Source: Octopus vulgaris (taxonomy: Eukaryota). Taken from it: a stretch of DNA of 64,000 bases. The stretch covers positions 46,872,001-46,936,000 of the forward strand of contig OX597816.1 of the NCBI GenBank assembly GCA_951406725.2. The letters are read 5' to 3'. Positions 37,845-49,858 of this stretch are shown here, in pieces; the stretch's first letter is position 1; each line of letters begins with the position of its first letter. A program made the translations under genes and the position numbers. Under the pieces are notes generated by a model. The model was given only the letters and a program-made list of their open reading frames with translations, made no database searches and was not told the DNA's origin.

Positions 37845-39920
37845 TAGTGGGTGCTTTTTACGTGCCACCGACACGAAGGCCAGTCAGCTGGCACTGGCAT
37901 TGAGCAATCTCAAATGGTGCTTTTTCACATGTCACTGGCATGGGAACCAGTCAGGTGGCACTGGCAACGATCATGCTTGAATGGTGCATTTTACGTGCCA
38001 TCCACACTGGACCAGTCAGGCAGCACTGGCCTCAACCACGCTTGAGTGGTGTTTTTTACATACCACCGGCACAGGTGCCAATCAGGCAGTACTGTCATTG
38101 GCCACAACATCTTCACTCGCCTCAAAAGGTCTTTGCAAGCGCAGTTTATTGCCTAATGATTGAAAGGTACTCTTAAATGGGCTGGTTATGTTGCACTGGC
38201 ATAGGTCACTGTTATGGTTTCATTTGGCTTGCCAGGTCTTCTCAAGCACAGCATATCTCCAAAGGTCTCAGTTACTTGTCATTGCGTCGGTGAGGCCCAA
38301 CATTCGAAGGTCGTGCTTCACCACCTCATCCCAGGTCTTCCTGGGTATACCTTTTCCACAAGTTCCCTCTACTGCTATGGTGTGACACTTTTTCACACAG
38401 CTATCCTCATCCATACACAACACATGACCATACCAGTGCAATCGTCTCTCTTGTACACCACATCTGATGTTTCTTATGTCCAACTTTTCTCTCAGGGCAC
38501 TTACAGTCTGTTGTGTATGCATTCTGGCATTATACATCCAGTGGAGCATACAAGCTTCATTCCTTGCAATCCTACACATGTCCTCAGCAGTCACGGCCCA
38601 TGTTTCACTGCTATGTAGCATGGCTGTTTGCACACATGCATCATACAGTCTACCTTTTACTCTGAGCGAGAGGCCTTTTGTCACCGGCAGAGGTAGGAGC
38701 TCTCTGAATTTGGTCCAGGCTATTCTTATTCTAGCAGCTACATTCTCAGAGCAACCACCCCTGCTACTGACTTGGTCACCTAGGTAACGGAAGCCATCAA
38801 CTACTTCTAGTTTTTTCCTCTGGAATGTGATGGAATCTGTTTTTTGCACATTTTCAGTGTTAATTGCCCCTGAGCATTTACCACACAAAAACTATCTTCA
38901 CAGTTAGTGTTCCTTTGATATTGCTGCACCTTTTGTATCCATAGCTTACACCGGGTACATCTTATAGAGTTTCTACCTATGCCTTTTTCTACAGATCGAG
39001 CAGGCCCATCTACCTGAAGGGATTTGTGGTTTGTCTGCCTTCCTACTTATTAAAGACTTTGGTTTTTGCTAGATTGACTCTAAAGCCCTTTGATCCTAGA
39101 CCTTGCTTCCACACCTGAAACTTCTCCTCTAGTTCTTTTAGTGACTCATCTATTAGAGCAAGGTCATCAGTATAGAGAAGCTCCCAGGGGGGCATCCTGT
39201 CTTGACTTCCTCTGTTATTGCCTGGAGAACTATGATGAATAAGAGGGGCCAGAGGACTGATTCTTGGTGAACCCCTACTCCTACCCGGAGTTCTTCACTA
39301 CTTGTTGCCAACCTTCACCTTACTGGCAGCATCCCTGTACATGACTTGTACAGCTCTCACTAACCACTCATCTATCCCTAGTTTCTGCATTGATCATCAG
39401 ATAAGGGATTGGGGGATCCTGTCAAAGGCTTTCTCCATGTCAATGAAAGCCAGGTACAGATGTTTATCTTTGGCTAGGTATTTCTCCTGCAACTGTCTTA
39501 CCAGAAATATAGCATCAGTGGTGCTTTTCCCTGGGACAAACCCAAACTGCATCTCGTTTGGACTGACTCTCTTCCTAATTAGTTGGGCTATGACCCTCTC
39601 CGTGACTTTCATTACCTGATCCAACAACTTGATACCTCTGTAATTATTTGTATCTAATGCATCACCTTTACCTTTGTATTAGTTGACACTATGGTGCTGC
39701 TACACCAGTCATTGGGTATGACACCTTCATGTGTCACCTGATTGACTATTCGTGTGACTAGACTATAGCCGACACCACCAGATATTTTGAGCATCTCTGC
39801 AGTGATTCCTGATGGGCTGGGGGCTTTCCCGATCTTCATACTGTTTTCTGCACATTTTCAGTGTTAATTGCTCCTGAGCATTTGCCACTCAAAAACTACC
39901 TTCACAGTTAGTATTCCTTT
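37845..39920 (-). mobile_element. 5'-truncated RTE-clade LINE with degenerate RT, PHD-like Cys cluster and tandem-repeat 3' UTR
   Basis: KIGKAPSPSGI, QFGFVPGKSTTDAIF, AFIDMEKAFDRIP, LLYTDDLAL, FRYLGD, SETWA, RRLHWYGHV, GIPRKTW; many frameshifts. Confidence 0.92.
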
Positions 39921-41018
39921 TGGGATATAGGGTAACATAATTGAAATGATTGGGTTGATAATGAGATAGAATTGGGCACTATGAAGCAGCAAAAACTCAG
40001 CCTATATATATATATCCATAGAGGATTTATGATAGTGAATTTTTTTGTAGTGTCAGTGCGGAATTCAAGAAGAGAGATAAATCCATATATTTTTTCCTTG
40101 GTTTTTATCTGAGGATGTCAGTCTATTATAGCTTGTATTCTCCAGTTATGTAGTACATATTCTTCTCTGCTAGGTGAACTAAGGCACATTAAATAAAATA
40201 TTTACTCGAAACATAAAATGCTTACAGCAGATTTGAACTTATTAAATGTTGGTAGATCAGTGCCATACGCATATAACTATTTTTGCCCTACTTACTCATT
40301 TACAAAATATATTGAATGCATTTTTTGTCGTACTAGTGTTAGAAGTTGTCAGATTCTGAATGCACATCGATTATCCACTTTGCAGAGTGTACTGGATGCA
40401 TATTGTTGTGTCACCAGTACTAAAAATGTTGTCATGTCTTCAACCCAGTTATATCTCTACTTGTCGATCAACCACTTCACAAGATGTATTGGATTTACTT
40501 TATCATAGTACTAGCACTCGGTCTCTTCATTCAGGGTGCCATGAGCAATAGAGGAAATAGAGAGTGTGATTACAGAAGAACTGTAGGGAGATAAAAAAAA
40601 AAAAGGATTTAATGTGTTAGATAGTAGCAGCATTGGGTAAATGGCAGTTACATGGTCACAGATGGAGGAGAAAGCAAGTGATGGATAATCAGTGTTAAGG
40701 AAGTGAGGTAGATGTTAGTAAAGAATGATCTGGGGGAGAGGGGGTGGCACTAATTAATACATTATAATAGGAAGATTGAGATGTTTTTCGCCAGAGAAAA
40801 TTTTACTCAGTAAAATTTTAGTTTTCTCTAGTGAAAAATTGAACCCTATTTGATGTACAACAGTGTTATCTTACTGTTAATATAATTTTTTTAAAGTAAA
40901 AAAAAGAAATATTAAGATCTGGGACATACAATTAACAACTTATTAATCTTATAACTTTAGGTTTTGTGTTTTATGGAAGACAAATAAACATTTGCTATTT
41001 TTATGTTTTTTTTTTCAG

Positions 41019-41069
41019 AGAAATCCTGAAATAACACATATGTTGAATAACCCTGAATTGATGAGACAG
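41019..41069 (+). CDS. UBQLN1: Ubiquilin exon 5: RNPEITHMLNNPELMRQ
   Basis: Poly-T + cag acceptor, CAG|gtatgt donor, 17 codons. Confidence 0.96.
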
Positions 41070-41199
41070 GTATGTGCTTCCAGATTCTTGTATTTGATAT
41101 TGTGAAAAATGTTTTCATTGTTTCCATTTCCAAGCATCTTCACTATTTTACATTTGTTTCTTTCTATTCCTGCATGGATTGTGCACATATTTTGTAGCA

Positions 41200-42480
41200 C
41201 AATCTCCTTCAGGAACTACAACTTCTTGAGATCAGCTTCAGCACCTTTTCTGTGTCTTGGTCTTCTTTTTCTGCAGATTCCTTCTATTTGGACACTAGGC
41301 ACTTCTCTTTCAAACCATTATCCTCTATATATATACCACATGTCCATACCGGTGTCGTCTTCTCTCTTGCACACATCAAATTTCTCTTATACACCTAGTT
41401 TTCTCTCAACTCATTTGTGCTGTCATTCCTGCACATTATGCATCCACTGGAGCATGCTTGCTTCATTTGTTTCCAAACTTTGTAGACAATCATTTTGTTG
41501 CCAGATGTAAATGCTCTTTGAATTTTTTTAATCCTCTTCTTTGCTTTTAGAAACCCACCTTTGTTGCAAATTAGATCATCTAAAATAATAGAAGCTATTG
41601 ACTCCTATCAAACTGTCAAAACATTTGAAAGAATTTTTTATGGATGTTCTTAATGCTAACTACTGTGCATCTGTTACATAATGAAGACTTCCTTCTCTAT
41701 CAACCTGCATGGAGTTTCTACCCATTTCATTTTCATATATTGAAAATGGTCACATTCTCAATGTCTAGCATTTTGCTTTCTTTTCTACTAAATAAAACTT
41801 TAGTGCTGGCTAGCCTCTTAATTGTAGGTTTTGCTTTCATATATGGAATTCCTTGAATCTTCAAGAGATCCAACTATGAGAACTAAGTCATCAGCATACA
41901 GGTATTCCTACAGACAGTTGTTCTTAAAACTCCCCCTCTACTTATGACCTGGAGAACTATAACAAACAGAAGTACTGGACTTAGCCCTGATAGACACCTA
42001 CCTGTGCACTATATTGCATAACATTTCCATGTCTGTAATGAAGTTTGCCTCTCAGACCATACACACTTTACCCCAACCACATCTTGATTCATAAAAACAT
42101 GTTACCTTGCAGTCCAAAACATCTTGTACCTCTGATCCTTTCATCACAGAACTTTGGCAAAGCTGTAACTCTATACTCCTGTTTTTGTTATGTATACCTG
42201 GCACCTTGATTTTGTACTTTGCTCCTGAACTTTCTTCCTGTTATTCTGGATTTGTCTCTTACTTTTGATGGCTCTTTCTACTGTATCATTCCACCACTGT
42301 CGCCTGTTTGGCTGGAGTCTTGCTCCATCCATGAACCTGGTCTGTAGATCACAGAAGGTTGTCTTGTTGACACCCCCAATATCTTCTGTTATATGTGGTT
42401 AGCTCTGTCTCCTTCTGTAGTACTTCTTTGTACCTACATTCGTTGGAGGGTTTCTGATGCAAATGGTCAGGTCATTTGCA
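41200..42480 (-). mobile_element. Highly degenerate RTE fragments
   Basis: Similarity to the 38300-39300 sequence (cacatgtccatacc, catccactggagcat, gtcatcagcatacag, ttccaccact). Confidence 0.55.
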
Positions 42481-43125
42481 TCACAAAACTTCAAAAGCAT
42501 TGGTTCCTTTTTCATTCCTGTTACAATATCCATAGCCTTCCATGTACATTAGTTATAATATCCATCATGGTGTTACCTGACATGGCCATGAAAGTGAACA
42601 GCTATGATAATAAAGCTTCTATCATTTGTTGTCAAAGTCTGCAAGAGAATCTCATTAAAACAGTTCTTTTGCTCATTTGTCTTGATTGTAGTGCTTATCT
42701 AGAAATCATTGTTGCTGCTATGTAGCTTATGACTTGTCCAAACTCAATTGTTCTGTCACTTACTCTGACAACAATATGCCTATTCTTCCCAACTCAGTAT
42801 TGTTACCCACCTAGAGGAAGTTAAGAGAGTTGATGCTATCATTTGATGGTAGCTGAAGAATCTCCACTCATGGTCAAATGTCCCTACCAAACCATTCCAT
42901 TTCTGTGTGCATCACTAACATAAGTGTTTGTCCTGTACATGTAATTAAGGTTTTTCATTGTATTTATGATTGTCATTATTTTGGAATGGCTTATTTGAAC
43001 AGTAAAAAGAAAATCATTTATGACATTACATGGTTGGCTTTTTTCTATTTCGTAACAACAAAATTCCTGTTCAGCTTCATTTGTTTTTCAGTTATTTTTA
43101 CTGTGATGAATGTTTTTATCTTCAG

Positions 43126-43203
43126 ACATTAGAACTTGCAAGGAACCCAGCCATGTTGCAAGAGCTTATGAGAACTCAAGATCGAGCTATGAGTAATTTG
43201 GAA
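43126..43203 (+). CDS. UBQLN1: Ubiquilin exon 6: [26 protein letters not shown]
   Basis: ttcag acceptor, gtaagt donor, 26 codons, highly conserved motif. Confidence 0.97.
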
Positions 43204-45050
43204 GTAAGTAGTTTATTCAGGACTCTCCCCACCTCAATTTTGTATGCACCAATAAGTAGCTCTGGATAACTGATTTTAGGGTGAGATTTGAAATTTTCCA
43301 ATGAGTCATCAATAGTCATTTGAAGAAAGAAAAACCCCCAAAATATAAAATACATAGCAAACAACAAATTTACTGCCAATTTTTAAGAAATGATAAAACT
43401 ATTTTACATACTGATAAAATAGTCACACCTCATAATACTATTGATTATTAAGATTATCAGTTGACAGCAAATTAGCTACATTATATAATGGGGAAGGGCA
43501 ATGAAGATTGTGATGTTAAAGCCTTTTCCAAGAGGTTTGGTGATACAAGTATGACTAAATTTAATTAGGATTTTTTTTTCCATAATTTTCTTTTTATAAT
43601 TGTTTTTTATAAGTACCAAGAAATAGCTATGGATAATTGATTTTGAGAGGAATTGTAATTAAAACCAAATATGGAGAGTTGGCACATTGTCAGATGTTTT
43701 ATTTTATACTGCTCACTATAGAGGGGAAAATCTACATAGTCACTCAATCTACTAGATACAGCAGCCTAGTTTCCTTCAAAAGTAATACTCTTTAATTTAA
43801 AAACAAAATTGGTCATGTTTTGTGTAATATAGTTTGAGATATACATTGCCTTAAAAGGAAAATAGACCAGCTAGTCACAGCTTGAGTGATTTTGACTGCA
43901 ACGGTGTTGGAACAGGCTTGATGTGTGGTTGAACACTTATTTTTCAGATTTAGGCTAAAGATGACAGTCTGACAAATGAAATAAATCACATTAAAACTAG
44001 GTGCAGGCATAACTGTCATTAAGAAGTCTGCTTTGCCGCTAAATGGTTTCAGGTTCAATCTTACTATACAATACCTTGGGCAAGTATCTTCTGCTGTAGT
44101 CCTGGCTTGATCAATGTTTTGTGAGTGGAATTGATAGATGAAAGTTGTATGGAAGCTCATTGCATGTGCTTGTGTGCATACAAATGTTGACGTTCCCATA
44201 CTGAACTTTTCACTGTATGTAAAGGTGATATGTTTACATTCCTTCTGACATTACAGCCATTTACTCCACTTTCTAAGAGATTGGAATAAAAAAAAGAATC
44301 CCTTACTTGAAAACAGGTATGGGTTAGCAATAGGAAGGGCGTTTAGATGTAAAATGCTGTGTAACATATGTCCCCTTCCTCCAAACCAGGCTAACTTGCT
44401 AAAAAATGGATGTTGAATAACTGAACAATTGGTCCTACTCAAATTGCCCGGTCCACTTTTCTTCCAATAGTGATTGTTTTTAACACAGCACATTCATACG
44501 TGTTATGAATACTACAGTAACTGGTCTATCAGCAGAGTTTGTGTGTGTGTGTGTATATATATGGTTTATAAGATTCTTTATGTGAATTTCTGTGTTGAAA
44601 CAAATTTTTTTGTCTCTAAGGAGAATCATTACTCCAATATATTTAACACATGCACTGGTTCAATACCACTCCTTTATCAGTCAGATGGTTAAATATCCAA
44701 CTAACTGTAATTTTTTTTTTCTTTGTGAAATCACTTGTTGCTACTGGCAACCATTTTAATACATACATGCATACATACACAAGCACGTGTGCACACTGGC
44801 ACGTGCACACATGCATGCACACAAGATTTCAAATGGACAAACACGGCCTCTATAATGGACTAAATCAATAGTCATTGAAAAGGTTGCAAGAAGCAACGAA
44901 AGATCTTTTAACAAACAGGACATTAAACAGTCAGTTGGGTTTAATCATTTGACTAATAATAAAGGAATGGAACTGAACCAGTGCATGTGTTAATTATATT
45001 GGCATAGTGACTCTCCCTGGGCCCACCCAAATGTGTGTGTGTGTATATAC

Positions 45051-45089
<39 letters not shown>

Positions 45090-45169
45090 ATGTAAATAAT
45101 ATATATGCATATATACATACACATATGTACATATTTACATCTATACGTGTATGTGTGTATATTTATGCA

Positions 45170-45715
45170 TATGTGGGCGCAGGACGTCATGAAATGTGTA
45201 CAACAAAACAATACGAAGTACGTGGAATATAAACTATTTTTTCGAACAACGTATGACAAATGGAAAACAAGACAAACAACATAAAGAACAGCCCTTCATC
45301 AGTTGTTGGCTGTTTTTCTACTCTCGTATTTCGAGCATTTAACAACAATATATGCTTTCTATAAAACAGTTGCTCCTGCAAAGCAAATTAAATAAAATCT
45401 GGGATTTTGCGGAGGGTCAAAATTGGTAACACAAACAGGACAGTGAAAACAAACAGGAAGGGCTGCTAAGCCTAAACGAGATTGTGGTGGCAAACGTGTA
45501 AATTAAGCCTGGACAGGAGACGGACAAGAACACATCTTCCTTGTTTCAGCTACAAAGGAGAGAAAGAAACACAAGTTAGAAGAAAGATGCTCGATGGACA
45601 TGTGGGAGGCAAGTAAGCAAGGGAGGAGGAGTCAGGGTGAGAGGGTAACAGAGTAATAGGATAGAATAATGGGAGAAGAGGGGGTAAAAGAATAAGAGGA
45701 AAATGAAAGAGTAAA
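45170..45715 (-). mobile_element. Unclassified repeat, possibly a Penelope pLTR-derived element
   Basis: CpG-retaining block next to (TA)/(TG) tracts; hammerhead-like remnants CTGATGAAGGG and CGAAA on the - strand. Confidence 0.4.
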
Positions 45716-45717
45716 AA

Positions 45718-47310
45718 GATATATATGTTATATGTGCTACATATTGCCCTCCAGATGCTCCAAATCATGTAGGCAAGTTTGAAGACTGCCTTACAAAAAT
45801 AGAAGTTCTAGTCACATTAGAACAACACATAAGTGTACTTCTTATGGGAGACTTCAATCTGCCCAATGTCAGATGGCCTGAGGGGCTTTCTCTCCCAGGA
45901 ATGACATGATGCGAACAAGGACAGGTGAAGTCCCACCTGAACCTCATCAACACTTTGTATATGGAACAAATAGTACTCCAACCAACCAGGGCAGGTAACA
46001 TACTGGATCTCTGCTTCACAAATAATATGGATCTCATCCATAATGTGAAAGTGACACCAACGCTACTCTCGGATCACAACATGGTAGAGCTGATCATGTA
46101 CGGGCCAAAGGAAAGCATGGACATGCAGCCTACAAGAAACTCTCAGAATCTTTCCAGCTTGAACTGGAAACAAATTGAGAAAGAGATCCTCAAACAAAAC
46201 TGGCCCAAATGTCTCTCCTCACTGGACATAGACATGAAACTTCAACAATACATGTCTGTAATGCAAGCCATACGCTACAAATGTGTCCTGGAGAGAAAGG
46301 CCACAGTACACAAGAACAAAATCCCCAGGGAGAGGAAAATTCTTATGAGACAGTGTACAAAAGTTTCAAATCTCCTAAACAAACAAATTGAAAGCAGTGA
46401 AAAGTCGTGCTTGAAAATACAACTGCTGGAGATTGAAAAAAATCTGCAACTCTCCCATGAAAAATTAAGAGCAGACAAAGAAGCCTGGGCGATAGACAAT
46501 ATAAAATCTAACCCCAGAGCTTTCTACAAGTTTGCCAAAGAAACAGCTTCGATGCACTGCAGAATAGGGCCACTCCTTGAAAAAGATGGTATACTCACAG
46601 GAAATCCAATGAGCAATTCAAAAGTATTTTCACTCCACCCCTAGGGCACTTTCAAGTCAGCAATCCAACTGACTTCTTTACCGCTGCAGATATAAAAACA
46701 GAAGCAACGATGATCGATTACATCAATATAAAGGAAGACGATGTAATAAGGGCTATAGATGAAATGAACCCAAATTCAGCTACTGGCCCTGATGGATTCC
46801 CAGCAATCCTTCTAAAAGTATGTAAGCGAGTACTAGCAAGACCACTGTAGTCCCTCTTTCAGAGCTTCCTTGCAACTGTCAAACTTCCAAGAAAACTGAA
46901 GGAGGATAAAAATATGCCCTATTCGTAAAGGAGGTAGCTGAGCGGAGGCCAAGAACTGCAGACCTATCAGAAGAAAACTAATCGCCTTCCTTGAAGAAAA
47001 TGACTTGCTGCCTGATACCCCAACATGGTTTCCAACCAGGAAGAAGCTGCCTGACTCAGCTCTTACAACACTATGACTGGGTGCTGAAACAGTTGCTCAA
47101 CCACTCAAATGTGGAAGTGATATATCTCGACTTTGTAAAGGCTTTTGATAAAGTCGATCATGGAATGATGTGTCACAAATTGTGTGATCTTGGCATAGTT
47201 GGAAAATTGGGAGAATAGCTTCATGACTTTCTGAAGGATAAAAGTCAGGTAGTAGTAGCCAATGGGGCCACCTCCTATGACACGCAAATAGTGAGCGGTG
47301 TTCTGCTTGG
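45718..47310 (+). mobile_element. CR1/Jockey-group LINE ORF2 fragment (APE endonuclease to RT), degenerate
   Basis: LLMGDFNLPNVRW, QPTRAGNILDLCF, LSDHN, IKSNPRAFYKF, GPDGFP, QHGFQPGRSCLTQLL, YLDFVKAFDKVDH. Confidence 0.9.
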
Positions 47311-47576
47311 ACAACTATTTTGTCTCTTGGTGTTTTTTTTTTCTTCTCACTATTATGAAATTGTTTTTTGAGTTATTTGTATTGATTGGGAGTTAGTAAA
47401 TTGTTTACAAGTGAAATTTTTAAGTGTGTGAAAAAAATAATTTAGTTGTATTTTTGTATTATATAATGTAAGAAATGGTCAGTGCAAGTTAGTGTAGCAT
47501 TTATTATTATCAGATATTTTTGCTAAATTTTGTTAACCTAATTGTTCTCTTAACTTGATTTTCTCCTTTTTTAAAG

Positions 47577-47700
47577 AGTATTCCAGGAGGTTTTAATGCT
47601 CTGCAGCGAATGTACCGTGATATCCAAGAGCCTATGATGAATGCTGCACAGGAGGGGTTTGGCTCTAACCCATTTGTCTCTTTGGTATCTAACTCTGGTG
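47577..47700 (+). CDS. UBQLN1: Ubiquilin exon 7: [41 protein letters not shown]
   Basis: aag acceptor, G|gtaagt donor (phase 1); SIPGG.NAL.RMY.DIQEPM signature. Confidence 0.96.
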
Positions 47701-47773
47701 GTAAGTTAATATCAAAAAAAAAAAAATTGTTTTTTTTTTCACTTTATCATGTGCTACTAATATTTGTATGATA

Positions 47774-47985
47774 TAAGGCAGCGAGCTGGCAGAATCATAA
47801 GCACACCAGGTAAAATGCTTAGTGGCATTTCATCCGTCTGTACATTCTGAGTTCAATTTCCACTGAAGTTGACTTCACCATTCAGTCTCTCTGGGGTCGG
47901 TAAAATAAGTACCACTCGAGCATGGGTCAATGTAATCAACTTGCCTTCCCCCAGAATTGCTGGCCTACTGCCAAAATTTGAAACC
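47774..47985 (+). mobile_element. Family-B SINE, 73 nt after exon 7
   Basis: taaggcagcgagctggcagaatc...gccaaaatttgaaacc. Confidence 0.85.
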
Positions 47986-48237
47986 AAAATTAGTCTGTGG
48001 TTTCCCTTTTCCCTCGCATCCCCCTATCCTGGCCAAAAGGCAAAAAGCATCATAACGCTAAGAAATTCTTATGTGGAAACTGATAAATGAACAAAAATAA
48101 AATATGAAATGATCTTTATATGCTCAGGGTTTTAAGTATTATGGAATATTGGAGATCTTGTGTGACAGGCAAGATAAATATAACAATGTAACTGGCATAC
48201 TGACACTTTATGCCAACCTTTTTTTGAGAGATTAGAT

Positions 48238-48578
48238 CAGTGGTTCTCAACCGGGTTCATATGACCCCTGGAGATCTGTATAAAAGTTTTTGGGGTTCAT
48301 ACAAGCAAAGTACTAAATTGGGGATGCACAGTATATTAGGGGTCCATTAAAAAATTTTGCTTTAGATGTATTTATTGCAAGAAACAGCCAGGTTTCCTTC
48401 TCTAATGTTTTACACATAGTTCAACTTAATACAAGTGAATGTGTGAAAAACAGAATAAGAATTTTGAATGAAGCATCTATAAAACTAATTTTTCAACATC
48501 AAATGGCTATGGGGGTCCACTAGAACAAAATAGTAATCAAAGGGGACCATAGGTAAAAAAAATGGTTGAGTACCACTG
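48238..48578. mobile_element. hAT-Charlie-like MITE
   Basis: TIRs cagtggttctcaacc / ggttgagtaccactg; 8-bp flanks gattagat / ggttagaa (6 of 8 match). Confidence 0.8.
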
Positions 48579-49681
48579 GGTTAGAAGGTGCCTGATTGCT
48601 TTGTTGCAAAAGCTAACATGGTTGTTTGACTTATGATGAATGTTTTGTTGTTCTTGGAAAATCTGTTGCAACTCAAATGCATAAGCTTACAGCACTTAAA
48701 TGGCTAACTGATTCTTTGATTATTGCCACCCACAAATACAATGTAGTAAATCTCATTATGATCATTTTCAGAATAGTTTTCCCTCTCACAAATGCAGTTC
48801 TATCTTTTATTCCAATTGGCAAATTGGGGTAGTTGTTAGAGCATGGGACAAAAATCCCTTGAGGTATTTATTCAGCTCTCTGCTAAGATCAGTTTTGACT
48901 TTAATCCTCTCTGGATTGATAAAATAAAGATATCAGTTCAGGATGGTGAATTGGGTGTCTTTAGAATATTTTGCTCTGTTGAAAATATTCAGACTGGGTT
49001 CTAAAATTTGAGAACATACTCTTTTCTTATTTTCAGAAACTCTAAAAAAATGTTAATGGTCATGAGCACTACCCATCGCTCCTTGACTAAGCAGTAAAAA
49101 GAAAAAGGGCAAAGAAAAAAAGTCATCTTTCTTTTTAAATGCAAGCATTATTACTTCTGACATAAAGAATGCACATAACAATTTTCTGCTCCTACTTTAC
49201 TACTCATTAAATCTAAACAAGTGAAATTTCATATAACTGTTTCCTCTAAACTTAGCAATTAAAACATGTGATCCTATTCTGAACACTTCCTTGTGATAGA
49301 GCATTCTTTACACCACATAAAAAGACTGATTCTTCATTTGACCCCAATTTATAAATATGGGCTAAACTTGCTTACTGCTCTTAATATATACTGGAAATTA
49401 ACAATTAAAATAAACTATAATATTTTATTAACTTTTATGGTGTGTGTGTGTGTGTGTGTAACTGAAAATTAATTAGCTGACGGAATTTTTGTATTTGTGG
49501 AATTTAAGATAGCCAGTATTTTATCATTGTACTCAGTGTTACTATGTCACTAAGGAAAATGTTCTAGTTTTGACAGAGAGTAGAAGCATGAAACTCTTTG
49601 TGTTGATTTTGCTTCATTAAAAATACAATGATTTAACTTTATACTTACTAATTACAATGCTTTGTGTTTCTGTATATTCAG

Positions 49682-49858
49682 GAGGGAGCAACCAAAACAA
49701 CGAGCAGGTTGGGAGGGAAAATAACGACCCCTTGCCAAATCCTTGGACCCCTAAACCAGCAGGTGGTAGTGGGTCTACTACTGGAGGAGGGAGTGGTCCT
49801 ACTCAAACTGACAGCACTAGTGGGGACTCATCAACACCCTTGGCTGGTGGACCTTTTG
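49682..49858 (+). CDS. UBQLN1: Ubiquilin exon 8: GGSNQNNEQVGRENNDPLPNPWTPKPAGG...PLAGGPF
   Basis: ttcag acceptor, G|gtaagc donor, phase 1-1; EN.DPLPNPW signature. Confidence 0.95.

Noticed and set aside
37849-38110. Possible CRISPR-like array
   Set aside because: The units are diverged tandem copies with homologous spacers in an RTE 3' UTR; the context is eukaryotic and there are no cas genes.
38214-38888. 206-aa ORF and overlapping antisense ORFs as genes
   Set aside because: These are an RTE ORF remnant and its shadow frames.
45925-46644. 239-aa ORF as a host gene
   Set aside because: It is part of a CR1-type ORF2, with stops and frameshifts on both sides.
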